Assembly (NCBI GenBank): GCA_965208885.1
Contig: CBDBPS010000001.1
Coordinates: 297,445 to 361,444, forward strand
Direction of reading: 5' to 3'
Length of the DNA: 64,000 nucleotides
Source of the DNA: Dehalococcoidia bacterium
GTDB taxonomy: Bacteria; Chloroflexota; Dehalococcoidia; UBA2979
Notes under the pieces: generated by a model
Told to the model about the DNA's origin: nothing
The model's input: the letters and a program-made list of their open reading frames with translations, nothing else
The model's database searches: none
Shown: positions 9,667 to 20,508 of the stretch, piece by piece
Layout: each line of letters starts with the position of its first letter
Position numbering within the stretch: the first letter of the stretch is position 1
Position numbers and translations under genes: made by a program

Positions 9667-10992
9667 ATGCCAACCGAAAACGCACCAGCCGATTTCTACC
9701 GCACGCAGGAGAACCCGGGGCTCTGGGAGCACCGCGGCAAGGTCGCTGCGTTCGGCATCGGCCACTCCCCCACCGCCCGCCGCTGGGACGGCCAGGCCGA
9801 GACCAGCATTGGCGCTTGGATGCGCATCGCGATCCGCAACGCCATCGAGGATGCCGGCATCACCGCCGACCAGGTCGACGGCCTTGTACTCGACCCCTCG
9901 ACGACGACGGGCGCGTGGTGGCCCGAGGGCGACCCGCTGCCGGAGGACGTACTCTCGCAGTTCGAGCCCGGTGAGAACCCCATGGACGGGGTCGCCTCGC
10001 TGAGCGCCGACTGGATCGTCAACAACATGCCGGAGCTGACGAACGTCACGTTCCGCATGAACGGCCCGGTCTGCATGTCGAACTCGATCTGCGTCGCCTC
10101 CGAGGCGATCGGCCGCGGCCTGACCAACGTCTGCCTCGTCGTCAAGGCCTGGCACAACTTCCCCGGCCGCTACTACCAGGGCGGGGCGAACGCCAAGGGC
10201 ACCGTCGAGGGCCCGTCCGTGTGGTCGAACCCGTGGGGCGTGAGCGCCGCCACGCCGGACGGCTGGACCTTCCGCGAGTACATGGCCAAGTACAACCAGA
10301 GCCACGACAAGATGGCGCAGTTCATCGTCAACTCGAAGCGCAACGGGCTCATGTTCCCCGAGGGCTTCTTCGCGCAGCACCGCCCCGACGAGGTCACCGT
10401 CGAGGACTACATGAACGCTCGCTGGATCGTCGAGCCGATGAACCTCTTCGACCACGACATGCCCATCCACGTCGCAGTCGCCTACGTGTTCGCCAACACG
10501 GACCGCACCGCCGACATGAAGCAGAAGCCGGTCTACGTGCTCAACCACGCGTCGACGTACCCGAAGTTCGGTGTGACGCAGACGCTGGAGAACGCCGAGG
10601 CTTCGACGGACGCCACGGGCCGGAAGCTCTACCACGGCTCCGGCCTCAACGCCAACGACCTCGACTTCGAGAACATGTACGACGGCTTCACGACCTTCCA
10701 CAACTACTTCATCGAGGGTCTGGGCTTCGCGGGCATCAAGCGTGGTGAGGCGCTGGACCTCTACCAGGAGGACATCAGCATCGAGGGTCCGCACCCGGTC
10801 TCGCCGAGCGGCGGGAACGTGGGCTCCGGCCGCACGCGCATCTGGATGCACACGGACACCATCATGCAGCTCCAGGGCCGCGCCGGTGACCGCCAGGTGA
10901 AGCTCAAGAACGGCCAGCCCGAGGTCGGCGTCTCAGGCGGCCCCATGCCGCAGGTCGGCGACTTCACCATCTGGGGTGTGACCCCCGACTAG
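9667..10992 (+). CDS. Thiolase-like lipid-transfer protein (SCP-x/Ltp-type thiolase family)
   Basis: Thiolase-fold features (active-site Cys region NGPVCMSNSICVAS) with the extended N-terminus typical of actinobacterial Ltp proteins. ATG at 9667 with a ggaaagg RBS. Confidence 0.75.
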   Translation: MPTENAPADFYRTQENPGLWEHRGKVAAFGIGHSPTARRWDGQAETSIGAWMRIAIRNAIEDAGITADQVDGLVLDPSTTTGAWWPEGDPLPEDVLSQFEPGENPMDGVASLSADWIVNNMPELTNVTFRMNGPVCMSNSICVASEAIGRGLTNVCLVVKAWHNFPGRYYQGGANAKGTVEGPSVWSNPWGVSAATPDGWTFREYMAKYNQSHDKMAQFIVNSKRNGLMFPEGFFAQHRPDEVTVEDYMNARWIVEPMNLFDHDMPIHVAVAYVFANTDRTADMKQKPVYVLNHASTYPKFGVTQTLENAEASTDATGRKLYHGSGLNANDLDFENMYDGFTTFHNYFIEGLGFAGIKRGEALDLYQEDISIEGPHPVSPSGGNVGSGRTRIWMHTDTIMQLQGRAGDRQVKLKNGQPEVGVSGGPMPQVGDFTIWGVTPD

Positions 10993-11059
10993 CTCCCGAC
11001 TGCATCGGAAGCTCAATGCCCGCCCCCTCCGGCACCACCGGAGGGGGCGGGTCGCTTAA

Positions 11060-11310
11060 CCGCGGACTCCTCCTCTGATCCCCTCGCACCCATCTACCCG
11101 GGGAGAGGGGGCCGAACCGGCGAGGCGCGAGGGCCTGCTGATCCCCTCGCCCCCCAACGGGGGGAGAGGGCTAGGGTGAGGGGGGCTCCCCCGTCGCCGA
11201 CGCATCGAGGAGGCGGAACCCCCTCACCCCAACCCTCTCCCTCGAGCGAGGGAGAGGGAGAGGGAGAGGGACCGGATCGCCGAGACGCGAGGGCCTGCTG
11301 GTCTCCTACG
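11060..11310. repeat. Cluster of G/C-rich palindromic repeats (REP/MITE-like) in the ltp-acd intergenic region
   Basis: Three copies of cgagggcctgctg(a/g)tc. Two copies of ctgatcccctcgc...ggggagaggg imperfect inverted repeats. A perfect 12-bp palindrome ccctctccctcg-agc-cgagggagaggg is followed by (gaggga)n. Confidence 0.55.
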
Positions 11311-11430
11311 CACCGGAAGGCTCCCGCATTCCCCACGAAGCCCTCGAGGTGCGTATGCTGCGCCGTGCGAACACCGATCGAGGCGCTGGCCGGGCGAGGC
11401 ATCGTCGGGCCTGCAGCAGAGGAGACACAC

Positions 11431-12651
<1,221 letters not shown>

Positions 12652-12679
12652 CCTCGACCCCAACGAGGACTCGATGAGC

Positions 12680-12702
12680 GAGGGGCGGCTCTGCCGCCCC
12701 TC
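12680..12702 (+). terminator. Perfect 9-bp stem hairpin 29 nt after the ACAD paralog 3 stop
   Basis: gaggggcgg-ctctg-ccgcccctc. Confidence 0.4.
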
Positions 12703-12744
12703 GCCGTCTCCCCAGCACGGGACTGCGCGATGGCAACGCGACCG

Positions 12745-12850
12745 GCCGGCTCGTCCACACGTCCGATGTCGACGGGAGATCCCGCGCTCGGCGCTTCGAC
12801 GCGCTGAACGTCGGCGACCGCTTCGACAGCCGACATCGCCCGCAGTCTCT
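12745..12850 (+). pseudogene. Decayed fragment of the repeat module found twice in the downstream 753-aa protein
   Basis: Translates to LVHTSDVDGRSRARRFDALNVGDRFDS, which matches LLVHTADVDGTSHSATFDSVRAGDRFEW, and shows nucleotide-level similarity to 14437..14520. It has no start codon and is truncated by a stop. Confidence 0.4.
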
Positions 12851-13019
12851 TCGAGCGCCCCAACCCGCCGTGAGCATAGCTAGCCCGGAGACACGCACCG
12901 TACGATGACTCGCATGGTGCCAGGGGACCGCGGCCGACCGCGCCAGTTCGCCGTCCCGACAACAGTGTGCGAGGGGCGGCAGAGCCGCCATTCGCCATCT
13001 CCCCGGCCCGGACAGCCAC

Positions 13020-15281
13020 ATGCGTAACGCCGTCTACGCCGCGATCTCGATGGTCGTCGCGACCGTGGCGGTGGTGCTCGCGCTGCGCCAGGATGGCGAG
13101 CCCTCCCCCAGCACCGTGGTGACGACGGCCACCACGACCAGCGCACCCGACCCACGGCCCTCGATCCCGACGAGCACCTCGACGCCGGCTCGGCGGGCGA
13201 CGGCCGCGCCGTCCGCTACCCCGACGGCACCACCTCCCGCGACACCCACGCCGCCATCGCCCGGCATCCTCACGCTGACTCCATCGTCGGGCGTGGCGGT
13301 CCCCACAGCTACGCCCACCGCGTCCGGAGCACCATCGATCCCCTACGGGCGCATCGACGTCGTCGGGGAGACCTCGACGCCCGGCAGCTACACCTTCCTC
13401 ATGCCCACCGACGACACGACTCGCGCCGTCATGACGTACGAGGAACTGCGCACCGCTTCGACGGCCGCTCGGTTCAACGTCGTCGACGCCGACGGCGCCT
13501 CGCGTGCGGAGCGGTTCGATGCGATCACCGTCGGCGACCTGTTTGAATGGCGTCAGGCCGAGGACTGCTGGACGCGCTACGAGGTGACCTCGACGCCCAC
13601 ACCTGAGGCAGGCGCCGCGACGAGGGAGTTCGGCGTGCGCTGGATGACCTACGCATTCACCGGCTGCGGCGGACCCATTCAGGCCGACGCCGACGCGACA
13701 CTGACGTTCGGGCCTCTCCCGGACCTCGGCAACCCGAGCCTGACCTACCCCATTCGGCACGGACCGTGGCAGCTCGTGCCGGAGGACTGGAGCGGAGCCA
13801 TCGAGGCCGTGGAGCGTGGCCATCCGCCGTGGCGGTCCGACCGGAACCCGCTCCCCACGACGACGCTGTTCAAGGCCCGCCAGATGACCTACTGGCGTGA
13901 TCCGGTGGTGCCGCTGGGCTGGACGTTGCAGCAGGCGGAGCGCAGATCGGCCTCGCCCTACTGGTGGGGGTACCAGGCCACCTACGGGACCACGACGGGA
14001 CTGTCCGCGTTCACGGTGAGCGCGTCGACAGCGTTCCTGAGTGGCGACCTCACGCCGATGCAGTGCGCCACTGTCTGCTACGAGACGCGCGTCATCGCGG
14101 GGCGACCGGCACGCGTCGCGTACACCCCTCCCGGCCCATTCGTCCCGAGCGTCACCCTCGCGACCGTGTGGGTCTACGACGCGGAGTACGAGGCCGAGTA
14201 CGTCGTCCGCGAGACCGAGCACCGGTTCTTCGGCGGACGCATCCGCGAGGCCATCGAGGTGGCGCGCAGCCTCTTCCAGCCGACGCTCCAGCGGCCCGGC
14301 GTCGTGCGCTACGGCCTCGTCGATACATCGGGCGCGGCCGACGAGCCCGGTAGCTATGCGCTTATGTCCGGCACGGACACCGCGGCGGCCGCCGTCGCCA
14401 CCTTTGAGGAGCTGCGCGACGGCTCCGCAGCGGCACTGCTGGTCCACACCGCAGACGTCGACGGCACCTCGCACAGCGCGACGTTCGACTCGGTGCGGGC
14501 CGGCGACCGCTTCGAGTGGCGGCGAGCGGACGACTGCTGGGTGCGATACCGCGTCACGGACGTGCTGCCCGATCCTGCCGGCGCCTCACCTCGCAAGCTG
14601 TTCGGCGTGGAGTGGGAAACGCACGCCTTCACCGGCTGCTACGGCGAGATGCCGACGAATGCGTACACCACATTCGACTTCAACCCGCTGCCGGACCTCG
14701 GCGGGACCAGCCTGGCGGCGCCGGTGGTGCATGGGCCGTGGCAGCTCGTGCCCGAGGGCTGGGATGGTGTCCTCGGAATCAGGTCGAGCGACGAGGGCTC
14801 TCCCGGTCAGTCGCACGACTCGGTACGAGCGGGCTCGAGCGACCTCGCCGCGGCCCGGGCGGGGCCAAACTGGCGAGCACCGACGCTCCCCTCGGACTGG
14901 GTGTTCGCGGGTTCGTTCAGCGGCCCGCTCACCAGCACGACCTCGGGTTACTGCGCATCCTGGAACAACCCCGGCGCGAGCCGGGCCGTGGAGATCTGCG
15001 GAGCGTCAGGCACCTCGGCGTACGCGGCCCTCGACGCATCCTGGGACGACGGCGCGGGGGTTCGCGAGTTCCGCATCATCGGCGACCGCCCGGCGCTGGC
15101 GACGTACAGCCCTCCCGGGCCCGGCCACTCCGAGGACTTCCTGATCGAGGTATCGGTCTACGATGCCGCCACGAACACTGCGTACACCATCGTCGGGCAC
15201 GACCCCACGCTCTCGGGCAGCAACGTCGACGCAATGATCGAGATCGCCGGGAGCCTCTTCGAGCCTCCGAACCTGCCATGA
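13020..15281 (+). CDS. Membrane-anchored secreted protein with a Pro/Thr-rich linker and two copies of an uncharacterised module of about 140 aa
   Basis: N-terminal TM helix, a low-complexity TTATTTSAPDP...PTPPSP linker, and internal repeats at about 13380..13790 and 14350..14765 sharing GDxFEWR..DCWxRY.VT, AFTGCxG and PLPDLG...HGPWQLVPExW. Confidence 0.65.
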   Translation: MRNAVYAAISMVVATVAVVLALRQDGEPSPSTVVTTATTTSAPDPRPSIPTSTSTPARRATAAPSATPTAPPPATPTPPSPGILTLTPSSGVAVPTATPTASGAPSIPYGRIDVVGETSTPGSYTFLMPTDDTTRAVMTYEELRTASTAARFNVVDADGASRAERFDAITVGDLFEWRQAEDCWTRYEVTSTPTPEAGAATREFGVRWMTYAFTGCGGPIQADADATLTFGPLPDLGNPSLTYPIRHGPWQLVPEDWSGAIEAVERGHPPWRSDRNPLPTTTLFKARQMTYWRDPVVPLGWTLQQAERRSASPYWWGYQATYGTTTGLSAFTVSASTAFLSGDLTPMQCATVCYETRVIAGRPARVAYTPPGPFVPSVTLATVWVYDAEYEAEYVVRETEHRFFGGRIREAIEVARSLFQPTLQRPGVVRYGLVDTSGAADEPGSYALMSGTDTAAAAVATFEELRDGSAAALLVHTADVDGTSHSATFDSVRAGDRFEWRRADDCWVRYRVTDVLPDPAGASPRKLFGVEWETHAFTGCYGEMPTNAYTTFDFNPLPDLGGTSLAAPVVHGPWQLVPEGWDGVLGIRSSDEGSPGQSHDSVRAGSSDLAAARAGPNWRAPTLPSDWVFAGSFSGPLTSTTSGYCASWNNPGASRAVEICGASGTSAYAALDASWDDGAGVREFRIIGDRPALATYSPPGPGHSEDFLIEVSVYDAATNTAYTIVGHDPTLSGSNVDAMIEIAGSLFEPPNLP

Positions 15282-15438
15282 GCCGACGGGGTAGCCCCAG
15301 GGCCGGATGGGTGGGCGGATCGGGTGCCTCGGATCACTCGATGACGCCCCCCGCAACCCGGCGGTGCGGCCCATCTCGCCACCCCGACCGCTCACGCTGG
15401 ACGAGTGCAGCGGGCCCGCTCACGAAGGGTGGTTGGTC

Positions 15439-17010
15439 TCAGGGACTCAGATCGTGCTCGGCGGTCGGGGTCATCCGCTCCGTCGTACCGCCGATGCGAA
15501 GGTGCGCGATCCCCTCCTGAGCGTCGAACAAGGAGTTCGAGTTCAGCATTGCGCGGCCCTCGTCATCGTCGTACGGGTAGTACGTGCGCAACCTCACGGG
15601 CGGGACGCCGTCGGCAAGGGGGGCGCTGATGGTCACGTACCACTCCGGCGTATCGATGGGGCGAGTGGGAAGGCCGTAGAGCTCGAGCGTCGAATATGAG
15701 ATTGCGTTGATCGCTCCCGCACCGTCGATGAGGGGGAACTTCAAAGATCCGATCCAGGTCGTCTCATTCGTGTCGCGGTTCGTGATCCAGACGCTGTACC
15801 ACTCTCCGTCGGCCTCCAGGCCGTCAGGTGCGATCCTCGCGTGATACCTCCCTGCACCCCAATCGTAGGCGCGCCGGACACCGATGAAGTCGCCTTCATA
15901 CCCCGCCGACTGTGACCATCCGTCCGGGGCGACCCGTGCATTACCGAGGTCCCGCGTGTCCCACCTGGAGAAGATCACACCCTTGACGCGCGGAGCTCCA
16001 GCATGGCTGATGGCGGTCTGGAAGCCGAAATAGAACGTGACATCGGAGATTCTCCCGTTCAACAGCATGAGGTAGAAGCCATTGCGAGGTGAGAAGTCGT
16101 AAACGTTGTTATGGACAGTGAAATCGACGGTCATCTCCCTGATCGGGTCCAGCTCGCGATCCCAGTACCACTGGACCGAGGCGGCATGGACGGGCGGCCT
16201 AATCTGCTCGTACAGGTCGTCGCGGCCAGATATGCGCGCGAGCGTGGTCACGCGGGCAGCCTTCGAATCGGGGCTCCTGCCTTCGTTGTTGATGGCCCTG
16301 AGCGTGTACACGTACTGGACACTGTCGAGCGTGCCGCTGTCGAAGTACTGTGTCTCGGCGCTCCCCGTCTGCACGACATACGCTGCGGCGATCTGCACGT
16401 CGAACGCTCGCACGAGCTCATAGCTGACGATGGTGTCGTCCGCCGGGTCGTCCCACCGCAGCATCACGCCGCGGGGGGTCGCGACCGCGGTCACGCCCGT
16501 GGGTGCGAGCGGCGGCGCGATCACCCTCACCCTCACCGTGCGGCTCCACGGCCCGTTCCGGATCGAGTCCGCGTCCGCCGCGTCCCCATGGCGCGCCCGG
16601 ACACGCACCTTGTAGATGGCGCCGGCATCGAGGCCAGTCACGATGTGCGAAGTCAGGGTCGGATACGCGTTACTCCCAATGTCGGACGGCGCGGGCCAGT
16701 CCTCATCTGCCCTCGCCCAGGTCAAGTGGTAGTCCGCCGGCGCGTACTCCGCAGCGTTCCAGTTGACGCGCATCAGGCCGCGAACGGGGCTCGTCAGCCT
16801 CAGCTGGTCGACCTCCCCGACGGGGGCCTCGGCCGGTGGAGGAGTAAGGGTCTGCGTCGGACTCGCTGCAACCTCGGTGTTGGAGTTCTGGGTGGCCAGG
16901 GCCAGATCCGCCTCGGCCGCCGGCGAAGGGCCCGGCTCATCGGAGCACGCGGCCAGGACCACGGCAGCGACCGCGACGAGCACGGCCAACCAGCGTGCGA
17001 CCCTCCTCAC
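15439..17010 (-). CDS. Lipoprotein with two fibronectin type III-like domains and an uncharacterised C-terminal domain
   Basis: Signal peptide plus lipobox (VLAAC). FN3-like segments (LTWARADEDW...YKVRVRA and SYELVRA...YVYTLRAINNEG). About 250 aa at the C-terminus is unassigned. Confidence 0.65.
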   Translation of the reverse strand: MRRVARWLAVLVAVAAVVLAACSDEPGPSPAAEADLALATQNSNTEVAASPTQTLTPPPAEAPVGEVDQLRLTSPVRGLMRVNWNAAEYAPADYHLTWARADEDWPAPSDIGSNAYPTLTSHIVTGLDAGAIYKVRVRARHGDAADADSIRNGPWSRTVRVRVIAPPLAPTGVTAVATPRGVMLRWDDPADDTIVSYELVRAFDVQIAAAYVVQTGSAETQYFDSGTLDSVQYVYTLRAINNEGRSPDSKAARVTTLARISGRDDLYEQIRPPVHAASVQWYWDRELDPIREMTVDFTVHNNVYDFSPRNGFYLMLLNGRISDVTFYFGFQTAISHAGAPRVKGVIFSRWDTRDLGNARVAPDGWSQSAGYEGDFIGVRRAYDWGAGRYHARIAPDGLEADGEWYSVWITNRDTNETTWIGSLKFPLIDGAGAINAISYSTLELYGLPTRPIDTPEWYVTISAPLADGVPPVRLRTYYPYDDDEGRAMLNSNSLFDAQEGIAHLRIGGTTERMTPTAEHDLSP

Positions 17011-17407
17011 CGCACGGTCCGGAGCTGCGGCGGGTCGGCAGCCGGTACCTGCAGCATGGTCCGGCTCACACCCGCAGCGCTGGCCGGGTACAGCGTGATC
17101 GGAGCCACCAGCAGCGTCGCGACAGGGGATAATTCCGCCTCGGTCACATTACGGCCTCTCAGTAGCGGTTATTCTGCCACTTCAGATACCGGGATGGCCT
17201 TCGTCACACATGGCTGCTCATCATACGCAGTCATATCGCAATATCAATTCGTACTTGAGACTGTGCGCACTATCACGAATCATGCGCCGACCCGGACCGG
17301 TCACCTCTGGACTGAGCGGGCAGGTAGCGCCGCTGCACGCCGCGCGCCATACTGCCCCCGGCGCTCCGCGCCCCCAACTCGGACCCACCTGAACCGATGG
17401 AGTACGC

Positions 17408-18364
17408 ATGTCCCCCGTCACCATCCCCGACCTCCCCATCGCCGCCGATCAGGCCTGGCTCTTCCCCGGCCAGGGCGCCCAGCACGTCGGCATGGGCAAG
17501 GACCTCCATGACGAGATCCCCGCCGCCCGCGCCGTCTTCGAGGCGGCCGATGAGGCACTCGGCTTCTCGCTCTCCAGGCTCTGCTTCGAGGGTCCCGAGG
17601 ACGAGCTGACGCGCACCGTGAACACGCAGCCCGCGCTCGTCGCGCACGGCATCGCCGCACTCGTCGCGGCCATCGACGCCGGCACGGTCACGAGCCGCCC
17701 GGCGGTCGTCGCGGGACACTCGCTCGGCGAGTACGCGGCGCTAATCGCGGCGGGCGCCGTGAGCTTCGAGGACGGTATCCGCCTCGTGCGGCGTCGCGGG
17801 GAGCTCATGCAGGAGGCGTGCGACGCCGAACCAGGCACGATGGCCGCGGTGCTCGGCCTCGAGCGCGGTCAGGTCGAAGAGATCTGTGCGGCAAACGGCG
17901 CAGCCGTCTGCAACGAGAATGCGCCGGGTAACGTCAGCATTGGCGGGACCGTCGCGGCCGTCGAGGCATCGACAGCGGCGGCCGAGGAGGCCGGCGCATC
18001 GCGTATCGTCCCGCTCGCCGTCGCCGGCGCGTTCCACACCCCACTCATGCAGAGCGCGCAGGACGGCATGGCGAGCGAGCTCGCCAACGCGGCGTTCTCC
18101 GACCCCGGCATCCCGGTGGTCTCGAACGTGACGGGGCAGAACCTCACCTCGGCCGGCGAGCTGGCCGGCGAGCTGACCTCGCAGATCACCAGCCCGGTGC
18201 TCTGGGTCGACGGCGTGCGGGCGATGCTCGCGGCGGGCGTGACCTCGTTCACCGAGTTCGGGCCGGGACGCGTGCTGACCGGCGCGCTACGCCGCACCGA
18301 ACGCTCCGCCGAGGGGCGCAACGTCGCGACGGCCGCGGACGCCCGCGGCGAAGAAGCCGAGTAG
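17408..18364 (+). CDS. fabD: Malonyl CoA-ACP transacylase
   Basis: GHSLGEYAAL active-site motif and FabD length. Confidence 0.9.
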   Translation: MSPVTIPDLPIAADQAWLFPGQGAQHVGMGKDLHDEIPAARAVFEAADEALGFSLSRLCFEGPEDELTRTVNTQPALVAHGIAALVAAIDAGTVTSRPAVVAGHSLGEYAALIAAGAVSFEDGIRLVRRRGELMQEACDAEPGTMAAVLGLERGQVEEICAANGAAVCNENAPGNVSIGGTVAAVEASTAAAEEAGASRIVPLAVAGAFHTPLMQSAQDGMASELANAAFSDPGIPVVSNVTGQNLTSAGELAGELTSQITSPVLWVDGVRAMLAAGVTSFTEFGPGRVLTGALRRTERSAEGRNVATAADARGEEAE

Positions 18365-18369
18365 CCCCG

Positions 18370-19128
18370 ATGAGCCCACAGGAGAACCTCTCCGGGAAGA
18401 CGGCCGTCGTCACCGGCGGCGCGCGCGGCATCGGCCGGGCGATCGCCATGGAGCTCGGACGCCAGGGCGCGCGCGTGATCATCACCTACCGCAGCGAGGA
18501 GCTGCTCGCAAACGCCGTCGCCGGCGACCTGCGCAACATCGGCACTGACTCCTCGACCGTGCGCGTCGACGTGCGCAACACCGAGGACCTGGAGCAGCTC
18601 TTCCAGGAGGTGCGGCAGGCGCACGGGGGCGTCGACATCCTCGTCAACAACGCGGGCGTCACCGACGACGGCCTCGTGATGCGGATGACAGACGAGTCGT
18701 GGACGAAGGTCGTCGAGACGAACCTGACCGGCACCTTCCACGCGACCCGGCTGGCGCTGCGTCAGATGACGCGGGCGCGCTGGGGCCGGGTGATCAACAT
18801 CACCTCGGTGGTGGCTGCCATGGGCAACGCCGGGCAGGCGAACTACTCCGCCGCCAAGGCCGGCATCATCGGCTTCACACGCTCCGTCGCGCGCGAGGTC
18901 GCCTCGCGCAACGTGACAGTCAACTCGGTGGCGCCGGGATTCGTCGAGACGGACATGACGGCGCACCTGACCGAGGACCAGCGGAGCGCCATCCTCAACA
19001 TGGTCCCGATGGGCCGTCACGCAACGCCGGAAGACATCGCGCCGATGGTCGCGTTCCTCGCCTCCGAGGGTGCGGCGTACATCACGGGCCAGACGTTGCA
19101 CGTCGACGGCGGGCTCGTGATGCGATGA
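18370..19128 (+). CDS. fabG: 3-oxoacyl-ACP reductase
   Basis: SDR fold TGGARGIGRAIA, NNAG and YSAAKAG catalytic motifs. Immediately downstream of fabD. Confidence 0.85.
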   Translation: MSPQENLSGKTAVVTGGARGIGRAIAMELGRQGARVIITYRSEELLANAVAGDLRNIGTDSSTVRVDVRNTEDLEQLFQEVRQAHGGVDILVNNAGVTDDGLVMRMTDESWTKVVETNLTGTFHATRLALRQMTRARWGRVINITSVVAAMGNAGQANYSAAKAGIIGFTRSVAREVASRNVTVNSVAPGFVETDMTAHLTEDQRSAILNMVPMGRHATPEDIAPMVAFLASEGAAYITGQTLHVDGGLVMR

Positions 19129-19162
19129 CGGTGTCGGGCGCCGGAACGGGCCGGTAGCGGCC

Positions 19163-19612
19163 GTGCCGACCGGATCGCGTCGCCGTTCGCGCATCATCGC
19201 CTTCCAGGCGCTGTACGAGGCCGACCAGTCCGGCCACGAAACCGCCGAGGTACTCGAACGCCATCTCGACGAGACCGGACTCTCCGAGGAGGCGTCTGGC
19301 TTCGTCCGCGAACTCGTGGATGGCGTGGGCGAGCACCGTACCGAGATCGACGGAATGATCGGGGAACGCGCACCGGCGTTCCCGCTGAGTGAGATGGCGC
19401 CCGTCGACCGCAACGTGCTGCGCCTTGCCATCTTCGAGATCTGCTTTGATAATCGGCCCGCTCCGCTGGCGGTCGTGATCAACGAGGCGGTGGAGCTCGC
19501 CAAGGGCTACGGCTCTGAGTCGTCCGGCCGGTTCGTGCACGGTGTGCTGGGATCGGTCGCGGGAGCACGGCGGGCTCAGCCGGAGGCCGCCCAGGGGCAG
19601 ACCCCGGAGTGA
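19163..19612 (+). CDS. nusB: Transcription antitermination factor NusB
   Basis: RIIAFQALYEAD N-terminus and the VDRNVLRLAIFEICF motif are typical of NusB. Unusually, the gene sits between fabG and acpP. Confidence 0.65.
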   Translation: MPTGSRRRSRIIAFQALYEADQSGHETAEVLERHLDETGLSEEASGFVRELVDGVGEHRTEIDGMIGERAPAFPLSEMAPVDRNVLRLAIFEICFDNRPAPLAVVINEAVELAKGYGSESSGRFVHGVLGSVAGARRAQPEAAQGQTPE

Positions 19613-19671
19613 GACTCGGATAACCTGAATTCGTTGCGGCCGAGGGCAGCCGCGCGCGAGAGGATGAGACA

Positions 19672-19929
19672 GTGGCAACCACCTACGAGCGCGTGCGCGC
19701 GATGATCGTCGAGCAACTGGGTGTGGACGAGTCCGACGTGACGCCGAACGCGTCATTCGTCGACGACCTCAACGCCGACTCGCTGGACCTGGTCGAGCTC
19801 ATTATGTCGCTCGAAGAAGAGTTCTCGGGCGGGGGCAACGACATCGAGATCTCCGACGAGGACGCCGAGAAGATCCAGACCGTGCAGGACGCCATCGACT
19901 TCCTGCACGACCTCGGCATCGAGGACTAG
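19672..19929 (+). CDS. acpP: Acyl carrier protein
   Basis: [19 protein letters not shown] phosphopantetheine attachment motif. 85 aa. Confidence 0.9.
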   Translation: MATTYERVRAMIVEQLGVDESDVTPNASFVDDLNADSLDLVELIMSLEEEFSGGGNDIEISDEDAEKIQTVQDAIDFLHDLGIED

Positions 19930-20023
19930 CTCCCGGCGGCGACGCCGTCTCGGGCGTCCTGCCGCTCGGGCATGCGCCCGGACGCGATCCAATGACGCGC
20001 GCCGGGCGTATCATCAACACAAC

Positions 20024-20503
20024 ATGGAACTGCTAGGCGTCGGGGCTGCCGAAGCGCTCGTGGTCTTCGTGATCACGCTCATCGTCGTGGGCCCGCAGCG
20101 CTTTCCCGAAATCGCCCGCCAGGGCGGGCGCTACTACCGCATGGCCCGGCGCTACGCGACCGAGGTCACCAACGATGTGCGCGGCGCCATCCAGGAGCTC
20201 GAAGCCGAGGTCGAGGCGCAGAAGGACGAGCTCGAGGCCGTCGGCACCGAGCTGAGCCAGGGCATCCAGAACACCGTCGCCGAGACGCGCAGCGAGCTGC
20301 GCGACATCGGCCGCTCGACGGGCGAGGCGGTCTCGCGCGCGGAGCCCGCGCAGCGGCCCTCGACGCCGCGGAATGGCCAGGCCGCGGCGCCCGCGCCGGC
20401 GGAGACGCCCCCGGCGCCCAGCTCCGCACTGCAGACCCCTCGCGAGTTGCCCGCGGGCGACGAGGATGAACCCCCGACTGAGCGCCGCACCGGCGACGAG
20501 TAG
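20024..20503 (+). CDS. tatB: Sec-independent protein translocase, TatA/TatB family (TatB-like)
   Basis: N-terminal TM helix followed by GPQRFPEIAR, an amphipathic helix and an acidic/Pro-rich tail. Immediately upstream of tatC. Confidence 0.65.
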   Translation: MELLGVGAAEALVVFVITLIVVGPQRFPEIARQGGRYYRMARRYATEVTNDVRGAIQELEAEVEAQKDELEAVGTELSQGIQNTVAETRSELRDIGRSTGEAVSRAEPAQRPSTPRNGQAAAPAPAETPPAPSSALQTPRELPAGDEDEPPTERRTGDE

Positions 20504-20508
20504 CCTCG

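Noticed and set aside
8235-10851. 472-aa and 461-aa minus-strand ORFs
   Set aside because: Antisense shadows of ACAD paralog 2 and the thiolase-like gene.
16111-19503. 466-aa (+) and 544-aa (-) ORFs
   Set aside because: Antisense to the FN3 lipoprotein and to fabD/fabG respectively.
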